Below the pieces are notes generated by a model. The model had not been told where the DNA came from. It was given only the letters and a program-made list of their open reading frames with translations, and did no database searches. Positions 1 to 14,993 of a DNA stretch of 64,000 bases are shown one piece after another. The position numbers were made by a program, and so were the translations under genes. The number at the start of each line of letters is the position of its first letter. Positions within the stretch are counted from its first letter, which is position 1. The stretch comes from Antedon mediterranea (taxonomy: Eukaryota; Animalia; Echinodermata), in NCBI RefSeq assembly GCF_964355755.1, contig NC_092675.1:11093812-11157811 (forward strand), written 5' to 3'.

Positions 1-3000
1 GGCCAGAGTATGGTACTATTCACAGCATTGACGGAAAAATTCGCATTGAAAATAACACATCATTACCTCAGGTCCTCAAACGAAACGAACACTTCTGTCT
101 TTGTCCCGGACGATTGTAATACCAATGACCACACTTGTAAACCTCCTGTGAAAACCAGTTCATTACCACGCCCAACACAATCGACACTACATTCATTGCA
201 AATTCACCTTGACCCTGATCGTATCATTCCCCCTACAATCCGACAAAGATTTAAATCTCTTAACGAAGAGTTCGATGTTGTTTTTGATCCGCATATCAAA
301 TGCTATAATGGCGCAGCCGGTCCCTTCCAAGCCGTCGTTAATATGGGCCCTGTACAGCCACCACAGCGAAAAGGCAGACTTCCACAGTATTCGCGAGACA
401 AACTTGTTGAGCTTCAAGAGAAGTTCGACGACTTAGAGAAGATGTGTTTTTGTGCGACCTGAAGATGCGGGTATTCAAGTAGAATATTTAAACCCATCAT
501 TCTTAGTAAAGAAAGACAGCGGAGGATTCCGCCTTGTAACCGCCTTTGCGGATGTCGGTCGATACGCGAAACCTCAGCCTTCACTAATGCCCGACGTAAA
601 CTCTGTACTTCGTCATATCGCTAGGTGGAAGTACATTATCTCTACAGACCTCACTAAGGCATTTTATCAGATACCGCTTTCACGCGAATCGATGAAGTAC
701 TGCGGAGTGGCCACGCCCTTCAGAGGAATCCGTGTATACGCCAGGTCTGCTATGGGAATGCCGGGATCTGAAACAGCGCTGGAGGAACTAACCTGCCGCG
801 TCTTAGGAGAGCTCCTCTCTGAAGGCGTCATTGCCAAGATTGCAGACGATCTCTACTGCGGAGGAGACACCCTAGATGAGTTACTTTGCAACTGGCGCCG
901 ACTGCTGTCCGAACTTTATAGATGCGGCCTCAGTCTCTCAGCAAGTAAAACATTTATCTGCCCAAAAACTACCACTATACTCGGGTGGACATGGTCCCTT
1001 GGCACGTTAAGAGCCAATCCACATCGTATTTCGACGCTCGCTACGTGTTCTCCCCCTAAGACTGTAAAGGGCCTCCGATCGTTCATTGGGGCGTATAAAG
1101 TGCTCGCACGGGTTATCCCCAACTGCGCTTCCATCCTCACACCTTTAGACGATGCTGTGGCTGGCCGACAGTCCCAAGACAAAATCACGTGGTGTGATGC
1201 CCTTTGTGAAGATTTTCAGACTGCTCAAAAGTTGCTCACAACCAGCCAAACAATCACGTTACCCCATCCAGATGACCAGCTTTGGATAGTCACTGATGGT
1301 TCAGTAAAAAGACACGGAATTGGGGCAACACTATACATTAGACGTGACGATAGTCTGCGGATCTCCGGATTCTTTAGTGCCAAACTTAGAGCTCGACAGC
1401 TTACGTGGCTCCCGTGTGAGATCGAAGCCCTGGCAATCGCTGTCGCAGTTAAGCATTTTAGTCCATATGTTGTTCAATCTACTAAACGAGCTTGTGTTTT
1501 AACTGACAGTAAACCGTGCGTGCAGGCTTTTGAAAAGCTTTGCCGGGGTGAATTTTCCGTGAGCCCCAGAGTATCAACTTTCCTGTCCTCCGCTAGCCGA
1601 TACCAGGTTTCCGTTCGATACCTAGCTGGTTCCGCGAATGTTCCCTCAGACTTCGCAAGCCGCAATGCTCCTGAATGCATTGATGCCAATTGCCAGGTAT
1701 GTTCCTTTGTTCAGCGCTCTGAGGAATCAGTTGTACTCAGAATCGCTTCACACGATTTCATCACAGGTCAATCCAAGTTGCCCTTCACAAGTAGGTCCGC
1801 ATGGCTTTCACTACAATCGGAATGCCCTGATTTACGTAGGGTACACGCCCACTTAATCCAAGGTACGCGTCCTTCTAAAAAGGTTACCGATAAGAGAGAT
1901 GTCAAACGCCACCTCGCTGTCGCATCACTTAGCAAAGACAACCTTCTCGTGTCTCTCGTTCATGAGCCACTTGCTCCTCCACGAGAAAGAATTATTGTTC
2001 CACGCCCGTTTTTGCATGGCCTGCTTACTGCCTTACACATCCGATTAGACCACCCGACTTGTCACCAACTCAAACAAATGGCACATCGATATTTTTATGC
2101 CCTCGACATGGATAAATCGATCGAAGTCACCACCTCATCTTGCCACCAATGCGCCACCCTTCGCCGAATTCCTAAGGCCTCTATCGATCAGTCTACTGGC
2201 GACCCACCGGAAACTGTGGGTGTTACATTCGCTGCAGATGTCATGAAGCGCAATCGTCAATTCATTCTGATTGTGAGAGAAGCGGTAACGTCATTCACAG
2301 TCGCTTGTTTTCTTGACAACGAACAGCGTAACTCACTTCGTGACGCTCTTATCCGAATGTGCGTTGAGCTCCGTCCCCTTGATGGTCCCCACGCCATTAT
2401 CCGTGCCGACGGGGCACCCGGATTCCAAGCACTTGTTAATGACTCATTACTCAAGCAGGAACGCATCTGTATTGAAATAGGCCGACTTAAAAATGTTAAT
2501 AAAAATCCTGTTGCCGAGAAGGCTATTCAAGAACTGGAAGATGAGCTACTTTGTTTGGATCCTGACGCTGGTTTTATCTCGCCTATTGCACTTGCTCGTG
2601 CAACCGCACAACTCAACTCACGCATTCGCTCCCGTGGTTTATCCGCTCCCGTGGTTTATCCGCTCGTGAGATGTGGACCCAGCGTGATCAGTTTTCCCAC
2701 GAACAGATCCCACTCTCTGACCTCGAGCTTATCCGCGAACAGCACTCATCACGCACCTCTAATCACAAATACAGTCGAATTTCAAAAGCTCCCACTCGTG
2801 AACTTGCTCCTGCAACTCTTGTGGAGGTGGGTGATCTCGTATACCTGTATGCAGATCTTAACAAGTCTAACGCTCGTAAGAGATACCTTGTCGTATCTGT
2901 TGATGGTACATGGTGTTGCGTTTGCAAGTTCAGTGGAACCCAGTTACGAAACACATTGTACCGTGTTAAGCGATCTGAATGCTTTAAAGTTCCTAGCTCT

Positions 3001-3285
3001 ATACTTGCTCCTAGTACACTTACCTCACGAAAGTACCAGAGTGAGGGATCGGACAATGAGGATAATACATTTGGACCTACCGTGGTTGCCCCAGTTCAGC
3101 CTGTCATTCCTGTTGAGATATCTTCTCCGCTTGTCGACGGTGCCACAAACACCGTCCTTGAAGATGTTCATGATAATGATCCGCCCTACAACCAGATTCG
3201 CGATGAACCAACTTCTCAGTCTTGTTCAAGACCTCAACGCTCTCACCACCTACCAAACCGATTTGCTGAATTTATTATGGACTAG
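1..3285 (+). mobile_element. Ty3/Gypsy LTR retrotransposon pol region (RT, RNase H, integrase), broken by two frameshifts; the 5' part lies upstream of the window
   Basis: ORFs 10-462, 452-3340 and 2671-3285 are consecutive pieces of one pol. Motifs: RT ([27 protein letters not shown]), RNase H ([24 protein letters not shown]), integrase HHCC (H-x4-H...C-x2-C: HIRLDH...CHQC) and DDE core ([18 protein letters not shown]). Domain order RT-RH-IN indicates Gypsy. Frameshifts fall near 445 and at a 17-bp tandem duplication (2627-2660). Confidence 0.93.
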
Positions 3286-3442
3286 TGGTTTTACGATCTT
3301 GCTCGATATTTTATTTTTTAACAAGTTTCACTCAGAATAACATGATTTTATTTTTTGCTTTGATTTTGTGATGCCGGTTACCATATGTTTTGCTTTTCTC
3401 ATGTATTGCTTTAAAGGAAATTGTTTTAGATTAAAACTGATT

Positions 3443-3743
3443 AAGAAAGAAGAAGAAAGAAAAGTAGTCACGCCAGTGCGCCCTCATGGGCTGGAGTTGT
3501 TCGTTCGTCATTGCTTTGATTTCCATGTTGTTGTATTGAGTTATTGACTGTTATTAAAATACATTATTCGCATTACATCGGTCTATGTGTGATCTGTAGA
3601 GTTGTGGCATATAAACATCAACCTTATTGGCGTTGAACGATTTTGGATTCTCGTCCTTTGATTGGTTGACGCAAATTAACAGACTGCGGAATAATTTTAT
3701 CACGTGTGCCATTGTCTCTGAGGATCGGACTGCATGTCTAACA
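3443..3743 (+). repeat. Polypurine tract and probable 3' LTR of the Gypsy element
   Basis: A pure purine run AAGAAAGAAGAAGAAAGAAAAG (3443-3464) follows pol. About 280 bp of higher-GC sequence then ends in ...TAACA before AT-rich flank resumes. No 5' LTR is present for comparison, so boundaries are approximate. Confidence 0.55.
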
Positions 3744-4104
3744 CATGTCAAGAAAATAATGTATTGAAATTCTTTGAATGAGGTTAAATAAACACTTTTT
3801 ATTTAATAAACATGTATATCATATTTCATTGAATTTTACAATGTTGATATACAAATTATATTAATAAAAACCGTAATTTTTAAAGTTCATACAATTGCCT
3901 ACTGAGGGCGCAATTTATTTACTTTGCCTAAAAACGATTATTATCGGCTGTGTTTTGGACCCTATATTTCGAAAACTACAAGTCAGATTTTCATAATTCT
4001 TTCTTTATTTTTATATTGATACAAAAAATGTATGCTATTAACTTCTATTGTTGCATTGTTATCCTATCATTTATCTAAACTTACTGAATTTATTTAAATT
4101 TCAG

Positions 4105-4490
4105 GTCATTTGTCGTTTGTTTCTGCAGTCAGATTTGACCCAAGTGGTGATTTTTTAATCTCAGTCGGATGGGATGGACAGATTCTTTTTTGGAACACCG
4201 CAGACATTGATGATGTCATTAGTTATGGGGCAGGTGATATAAGCACAGTAGAATGTTCAACTGGATTCATGATTGGCCAACAGAAATTTTCTAATTTCCC
4301 ATCAGATGGAATGAATTTTATGCCATTTTTGTTGTCGTTAGTTAGGCAAATTGTGTACATTTTAGCATATACAGATAGTGAAACTTTATGTTTAGTGGCA
4401 TATCAGGCACCCAAGAAATACAGGTGAATCTGTACACGTGTGTTTTCGCTTCCTAATAATATTAGAGACATGAAAATCCTAAAAAGATGA
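4105..4490 (+). CDS. Terminal exon of a WD40-repeat protein gene (upstream exons outside the window); stop at 4425-4427, with a possible in-frame extension to 4490
   Basis: Acceptor tttcag|G at 4104/4105. Translation GHLSFVSAVRFDPSGDFLISVGWDGQILFWN is a typical GH...W(D/N) WD40 blade. Confidence 0.75.
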
Positions 4491-4663
4491 TTATGCTTTT
4501 ATTTCAATTGGCAGATTAAAAGGGTGCTTGTCAACAGTAAGCGAGTGAAATGTAATTTTCCTATAGAAAGAAATATGTGAAAAATACTAATTAAATGAAT
4601 TACTTATGAGTTTGTAACAAGGTAGTTAGTTCTTTAAAGCGTTTACCACACACAGGCTAGCGA

Positions 4664-7687
<3,024 letters not shown>

Positions 7688-7878
7688 TGCAGACCCACTA
7701 GGTTCAAGTTGTATACCTTGAAATAAAATGTGATATGCTGAACATGTACTGTATGGGGTAAAATAAGTTGAGATATAGCTACTAGATATAGTTTACTACT
7801 CTAAAACTCATCTAAAATGTCCATTGGAAAAAAATTTTTATTTATTCAATGACTAATGAATACTATTTATAATCACTG

Positions 7879-8350
7879 CAGGGGTGGATGCAGTGGTGTT
7901 GCCCCAGTTGCCTGGGCAACACCCTTAATTTCATACTAAATGTTTTTTCTGCCACTAAATTAAAATTTAGATCCCATTTTATCACATATAATAACCATTA
8001 ACGTTATAAGTCCAGGGTTCGAAGAGCCTATATGTAAATTGACAGGCTGCAGCGTAAAATTACCCAGCAGTCAACAATACCGTGCACAATTTAGTTTTTT
8101 GCAGATATGTTTCTGAACATGCTCAGATTGAATTTTTGACTGTTAGGATTGCTTGTGTGCGTCATGAGAAGCAATGAAATGCCACTACACACTGTGTTCG
8201 TGGACAACTCTGTCATATGGGTTGTTGATTTGTCCATAATTATTGCATTTTGCCGGGGATTCTCCCATCATTTAAGCATTTCCATCGTAACCCTATTTAT
8301 TTTTATTTCCCTATGTCCGTAATATTATGCCGGGCCAAATTTCCATGGTA
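7879..8350 (+). repeat. Interspersed repeat, copy 2 (same family as 5478-5930)
   Basis: Direct similarity to 5478-5930. Confidence 0.7.
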
Positions 8351-8790
8351 ATGACGGATGTTCCTAACTTTGAAATAACAGTGTTTAATTGCATCTTTCT
8401 GCAAATTTCGATCATATTTTTTTTCTAGTGTGGTTTATGCAGTTTGTTAATGAAAATGAGTTTTGAAAATTGTGGGTTACTGACTTATTCAGCATTTATA
8501 GGCCATTTCATATTCCTTACAGGTTGGTTGCTGGTGGTATCTACAATCTCTATGGTTACATATGGTATATTTATGGTAAGGGGGTCTCTAGTTGAACTTT
8601 AGAAGGGTCAGGGCCAAGTCAGTGTACAGATAGTCTGTAATAGGTCATTTGGTATTCCTTACAATGTGCTAAATCATATATCATTGGCTGCTGATGGTAT
8701 CTACAATATCTAAACTACTGTAGGCTAGTTGGGGGAAGGGGGTCTCTATTTAAACTTTAGAGGGGTCTGTCAGGACCAAGGCATGGTACA

Positions 8791-10770
8791 GATAGACATA
8801 GACACATAGATATACTTTATTGTCACATAATAATTGTAAAATGTGAGACTCAGCTCCCCGTTACATTCGTAATAAAAACACTATGTAAAAACATCAATAC
8901 AATTCGATATAAGTCAAATACATTGTAGGCCTATAAACAGTTCATTAAAAGTAATTTACAGTAATTATCTTACAAATTGTTTGTTAAAGAGACGAATTGA
9001 GGAGGGAATAATGGAGTTGTTAAACCTATTTGTTTTTGTCAAAGGATGACGTAGTCTACCAGATCTGCACATAACAATCGAACTATGCAAGAGATGGGCA
9101 GAATCAGACATTATGACTTTGGCTTTAGCCAACATCAATTCGTTACACATGCTATCTAAATCCTCAGATTTGGTACCCATAATTTTATCTGCTTTCCTTA
9201 TAACTCGATAAAGTTTGTATTTGTTCTCTTTGATGAGGCCGTTATACCAGATACTACAACAGAGAGTCATAAAATAATTTCATTACAACTGTATTCACCT
9301 TAAAACTTCTCATTTTCCTTAGAAAGTAGCCTCTTGTTACATTTCACTGTCACAGCTGCGCTATTGCTACTCCTAACGTGAAAACAAGGTGCACCAGTAT
9401 TACATAGAAGGGGGGATGATACTTCATCCATAAATTTAACATTTGAACTCTATCCTTAAAAAATCTGCTACCCATAAACTTAAAACAGGGTTAACATCCA
9501 TAGCACATAGCTTATCAATGAGAAGATAAGTTTGAATAGTATTAAATGCAGACTTAAAATCTAAAATAAGAATCCTAGCATAGCAACCAGATTTGTCCAA
9601 AGGTTCATTATGAGAAGGGTACCAATAGCATCATCCTTCCTGTAAGCGAATTGAAAAGTATCTAGCAATTCTGAAGGTGTCCGTCAATTTAAACTTAATC
9701 AGCTTTTCCAAACATTTAATGGGCACTGCGGTCAGAGCAACAAGTCTGTAGTCATTCAACACCAACGTTTTTTTAATCTTTGGAATTTGAATAATGTTCG
9801 ACAGCTTCCATAATTTAGGTACCTTGTGACTATCAATAGATAGACCATTGGTATTTATAGCTGAAAATACCACTTAACTCCAGATAACAAGATTTAATGA
9901 TTCTTCCTGAGATGCCGTCCGGTTCAACTGCTTTATTCATCTTAAAGATGTTTTCTACGTCACTCTGATCAATTTCGATCCTATCCTCATCCTTAACTTT
10001 ACTCTTCAAATTATCCACTCTGTCTCTCAGCTGCAAAATTATTATTATCGAACCAAGTGTAAAACGTGTTAAGTTCGTCGACAGAGAAGTCAGTTTTACC
10101 ACCTATCGCCACAGACTTTGGGTTGTAACCTGTAATTGTTCTCATTCCTTTCCATGTTTTCTTAACATGGCCACTGGAAAAATTGTGTACTCTTTTTTTT
10201 TCTTTGCTATATGACCTTCCTAATTTTTCGCTGAATTTCCTTCTTTGTATAACCGTCCTCCTCACCATGCTTAATCAATGCATATTTCTTGGCGAGTAGC
10301 AAACGCAGCTCCCAGGTGACCCAGGGCTTATTATTTGGGAACATTTTTAACTGGGACAATAGTGTCCTCGCAGAATCGAATAAACCCCGACACAGACTTA
10401 GTTACCTCATCTAATGTATCACAGTCTTTGAATAAATCCAAATCCGTTGTTTCAAAGCATGCTCTAAGATTTTCCACTAAATCACTAGTCCAACACTTAA
10501 CTTGTTTGGTGACAACCTTATTTCGTCTATATTTCTGTTTATAAATAGGGATAAGCTGCACCAAGGTATGATCTGAAGTACCGATGATTCCATTCCTACA
10601 CTTAGCCTTAAATGCGTGCGGTAGGTTACCATAACAAAGATCAAGGATGTTCTCCTTTGTGGTTGGTACTTTAACATACTGGTGCCAGTGGGGAAGAACT
10701 TTCTTTAAATTACATTTATTGAAGTCTCCCAATATCAATTTGAAAGCATCTGGTGACCTGCTATCATGCT
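8791..10770 (-). mobile_element. Degenerate non-LTR retrotransposon (Rex1/Babar-like LINE): APE endonuclease, RT and C-terminal domain
   Basis: Fragmented ORFs: ILGDFN...LDLCY...SDH (APE); PDGISGRIIK and NDYRLVALT...IKCLEKL (RT); C-terminal SGRLRHPLTKTNRFNNSIIPSSI. On the minus strand AATAAA is followed by a short TCTATG-like tail ending near 8791. Confidence 0.85.
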
Positions 10771-11024
10771 TGGACTTGTAGGCTATGTGGTAGCAGTAAA
10801 GTTTCTATGAAGGACCGGAAACCAAAGAACGCGCGAAAGAAGCGTAGCCAACAAGGTTAAATGTCGTTGCACATGTGCAGTAAACAATATATTAGGCACG
10901 CGACCGTTTCGTTGTTACCATGCGGTTAATTAAACTGTAACATTGTGGGCGGTCCGCGGTCTGTCGGCGAGAGTCAAGGAACCCTTGATCTCACGTCGAT
11001 GCATATCCTTCTATTCTTTAATCC

Positions 11025-12195
11025 ACATAGCAGACCGGTTAAGCAGAGCATACTTACCAGGACAATAAAAGGAAGACAAAATATACAAAGAAATAGAACA
11101 AATCAAGGCAGCTGATTACATAAATGTCAGTAAGCCAACCCAGTACCTGCTTAAGCAAGCAACAGTGAGGGACAGCCAAAGCCAAATGCTAATGGAGATG
11201 GTCAAGCACGGCTGGCCAGACACAAGAGCGGATAACAATCAGCATCAGAGAACACTTCAATTATCGAGAAGAAATAACAGCACAGGATGGTGTATTAAAG
11301 GACAGAAAATCATGGTACCTACCGAGATGAGGAGAAGCCTATTGCAAAAGATTTAGTCAAGCCATCTGGGTGTGGAAGCATTGATCCGAAGAGCTAAAGA
11401 CAGCCTGTTCTGGCCAGGGATGTCAGCAGACATCAGAGAGGTAGTTGACAAATGTCAGATATGTCAAACATACCCAGGACAGGATTTGTGACTTGTGTGT
11501 GACAAACAGAAAATAGAGCCAATGATGTCATACCCGATACCAACCAGACCATGGGAGATTATTTCTCAAGACATACTACGTATAGCAGTAAAGATTACCT
11601 TGTAACAGTAGATCACTACAGTGACGTGTGGTTCTTGGATTAAATAAAAAAATCTAAACTGCAGTACGAAAAAAGTGCTACAGAACCTCCAGAACTTGTC
11701 ATCGGGGAGACAGTTAGACTCCGACCGGAAAACAACAACCTAGAGTGGAGAACCGCGACGTGCAAGAAAAAAGTAGGACCTCATTCTTACCTAGTGGAAA
11801 CCACAAACGGCAAACTATACTGTCGCAACAGAAAGTTTCTACGGACAACGCCGGAGAGAAACGTTATGGAGACAATGCCAACAGTTCAACCAGAGAAACC
11901 AAACAGTACATCGACCATGAACAGCCCCGTAACAGAATCAGACAGGACAGACATAATGAAAGAAAGGAGATGATGTTGTGTAAAATAATCTATGAAGAAA
12001 TCAACAGGATAACATATGAATCTATAGAGAATGTAATCATTTATTTCTCATAACAATATAATAAATATAAAAAAAAGAAAACAATAAAGAAAGGGAGATG
12101 CTATGATGCCAGGGGGCGCTAATGCGTTTAGAAAAAAAACAGGTTGTGATTGTCTCTGAGTCAATTATTGTTGAATAAGTACAGTAACAACAACA
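11025..12195 (+). mobile_element. Decayed Gypsy remnant (end of RNase H, integrase zinc domain, PPT, short 3' LTR)
   Basis: Peptides IADRLSRAYL, GWP, HLGVEALIRRAKDSLFWPGMSADIREVVDKCQICQ, PTRPWEII and YLVTVDHYS lie across broken frames. PPT AAAGAAAGGGAGA is followed by TG at 12099. Confidence 0.8.
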
Positions 12196-12374
12196 GCAGA
12201 AGATGATTAGAATTATGATTAATTAGATAAAATAAGGCCTATGTACAAATAACTGATTCATTCCAAGGACTTTGATCTGCATCTTTAACCAGCATCACCA
12301 GTTTCTGCACAACCACTAGCTATCGGGTTATCCACCAATAAGCGTATCCTCTGGCTAACAGGGTAACCACCAAT

Positions 12375-13390
12375 AGCGGCGTAACCACCAGCAACAGCGT
12401 AACCACCAATAGCGGCGTAACCACCAGCTAAACAGTATCACAAACAGTAGGCATAACCACCGGCTAACTGTCTATCACAACCAGAGTAGGCGTAACCACT
12501 GGCTATAAACTGAATCACAAACAGTAAGCGTAACCACTGGCTAAACTGAATCACAAACAGTAAGCGTAACCACTGGCTAAACTGTAGCACAAACAGTAAG
12601 CGTAACCACTGGCTAAACTGAATCACAAACAGTAAGCGTAACCACCGGCTAAACTGAATCACAAACAGTAAGCGTAACCACTGGCTAAACTGTAGCACAA
12701 ACAGTAGGCATAACCACCGGCTAAACTGTCTATCACAACCAGTAGGTGTAGCTGTCGCGCCAAAATCGGTCCGGCTGGATCGATTTTGGTCGTAATCAAG
12801 GGCCAAAACTGGTCCGGTCGGATTGATTTTAGCGTTGAAACAGCCGCTAAACATGTCCGGCTAGGCCAAAACTGGTCCGACCTTTAAAATCACTTATTTA
12901 TTCTTTAAAATGTGTTAAAAAGCCTGCAAACAGTTCAAATGGTTAAAGTAAACTAAGCTTTAAAGTAAATATACTGAATATTACCGTACAAACGAAAAGA
13001 AATTATCGAAACACTAATTAAAGAAACTCTAATCGGATTTTGGGATATTTTATTGTTCAGTTCGTTTAAAACTAATAGCGCCCCCTAGTAATTTTATATT
13101 AAGAATCGAACGCCGATTTATTCTTGCACATTTTTAATCTGTCCGTTTTCGATAATTCCTTTTCGATTTAGTCTAAGCAACCATTTGGACTTTTTTAAGG
13201 ATAAATAAGCGATTTTGAAGGCCGGACCAGTTTTGGCCTAGCCGGACCTGTTTTAGCGGCTGTTTCAACGCCAAAATCGATCCGACCGGACCAGTTTTGG
13301 CCGCGGACCAAATTTCGCGTTACATAACCAATGGTTAAACTGTATCACAAAAAGTAGGCGTAGCCACTGGCTAAACAGTATCATAACCAG
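12375..13390. repeat. 36-bp minisatellite (AAACAGTAAGCGTAACCACTGGCTAAACTGAATCAC), interrupted by a MITE
   Basis: About 8 good copies at 12430-12745, preceded by shorter GTAACCACC units. About 2 more degenerate copies follow the MITE (13325-13390). Confidence 0.85.
12753..13324. mobile_element. MITE with long (about 130 bp) imperfect terminal inverted repeats
   Basis: Left GGCCAAAACTGGTCCGGTCGGATTGATTTTAGCGTTGAAACAGCCGCTAAA is the imperfect reverse complement of right TTTAGCGGCTGTTTCAACGCCAAAATCGATCCGACCGGACCAGTTTTGGCC. Ends are TGT...ACA. Confidence 0.8.
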
Positions 13391-13619
13391 TCTATCTTTT
13401 CCTTATTATCTCTCCTTTTTATTATGCAGCTCGAATTCACTCTTCATTGCCTTCATTCTCCAATTTCTCTGCCGTCCGTTCTCTTCTTCTCCTCCTGCCT
13501 GACTCCGCCTCTATCTTTTTCTTCTCTCCCAAAATCATTACAATATATTGAAAAATTTGAGGAAAATATTTTATTTCAACCAATTTTTAAATAGTTCAGG
13601 CTAAACATGTTCAGACTGG

Positions 13620-14010
13620 ATCGGCATGTCTAGTCAGCAAATTGTTCTGTTGGCTAATTGGTTTTCGGCGAAATAACTTGATCAGCAAAATGGTTGGTGA
13701 AATGCCTGATCAGCTGATGGTTCGGTCGACCATTTTTCTGATGGTGAAGTGGTGTTTGGCAAAACGTCCTGTAAAATATGAGTTACGTGCTTCGGTGGTG
13801 GCGTGGTTGAATTTATAACTAGGCGGTCGTTTAATTTTTTACTTCATAAATATTTTACGTGCTATTATAATTATAACTGTTGGCCAGTTGTCTGTTGCCG
13901 AAATGTCATTTGTGCAAAAATGTCCCTGTCAGCAAAAAGGCCTGTCGTGTCGGCAAAATGTCTCGGGAAAATGTCCTGTAGACCAAATGTCCAGTCGGCG
14001 AAAATGTCAG
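13620..14010 (+). repeat. Degenerate short tandem repeat (CGGCRAAATGTC-like), probably transposon subterminal repeats
   Basis: Repeated TCGGCGAAA/TCGGCAAAATGTC motifs at roughly 15-20 bp spacing in two blocks. Confidence 0.5.
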
Positions 14011-14169
14011 AGTACCTTATTAGCCAAATAGGCCCAAGTGTGCTGAATAAGCTAGCTACTACAGGTACTACCAAGTACTAGCTATAGGCCTAGATCTATA
14101 AAATTAATAGAATGGGTGGCCTAAACTTAGCCTACCTACTCTACTATAGGCCTATACTGGTTTACTTAC

Positions 14170-14993
14170 AAGTTACAGGGCTATCTTATATCTTATTTAA
14201 AATAAAGACCAAAACTATATATAATATTTATTATTGTATATTATATATACAATAAAAAATGTTTTAGGTGATTTGAACATACTAGTACCGTTTATATGAA
14301 ACCACTGCCTAGTGGGCCATTCGCAGTGATATAAAGTAAAAGAATGTTTGGGGATCGTTTCAATTATATTCAAGATCCACCATTGCTCTGGCTTTAGTCT
14401 AATATGTAATTAATAGAACCAAAAAGATAGTGTCTTTGATAGAACCAGGGATCTTCTTAAAAAAGTGCCGGTTCGTAAAAGAAATACCCGTTGTAGTTGC
14501 CCAAAATGTGTAGCTTATTTTGTTCTTCAATTGTTCTTCGAAAAATACCCAGGTCTGTCAAAAATAGATATCAAAAAGTAGTTTTATAATTCATTAATTT
14601 ATTATTGAAGAAGGTGTGTACACGTGGAGCAGGAGGAGAGTAAACAATTGGGTACTACTACTATGGAACGCCAGGACGGACAACTCAAAAAAGGCTGTGA
14701 AAATACAAATACAATATTTCAACAATGCATGAATTCATCAACAAAACATAAACCAAAGTATTCCGTTTTATAGGGTCAATCTTTTTTTAGTAGGTGAAAA
14801 CAGTATTATTTATATACATTAAACTTATTATGACCTCGATTTGTTTGTGCGCTTTTGTGTGCCATATCCGACTATGAAAGATTGTTGTTGTCCAATCATC
14901 GATTGCCATCCAGTCACAAATCTAGCAGCTTGTTTTTTTGCAACCATAAAAATAAAATAAAGGCTAGCGTAGCACTGTTTATTTTGCATCAAT
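14170..14993. promoter_or_regulatory. Probable bidirectional promoter region between NUDT12 (-) and KRTCAP2 (+)
   Basis: The genes are divergent. KRTCAP2 ATG is at 14994. A minus-strand GTAAGT donor at 14164-14169 could end a NUDT12 5'-UTR exon (acceptor at 7717-7718). E-box CACGTG at 14621-14626 and CCAAT at 14892-14896. Confidence 0.45.

Noticed and set aside
2660-3340. Hydrophobic C-terminal extension of the 962-aa ORF as an env-like domain
   Set aside because: It is the off-frame product of the 17-bp duplication; the true pol end is ORF 2671-3285.
4490-4663. SECIS element for the WD40 UGA
   Set aside because: ATGA motifs are present, but I could not build a convincing helix with apical AA and a GA quartet by eye.
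12438-12854. 138-aa ORF with FSQWLRLLFVIQ repeats
   Set aside because: It starts inside a MITE and runs through a minisatellite, with no splice or homology support.
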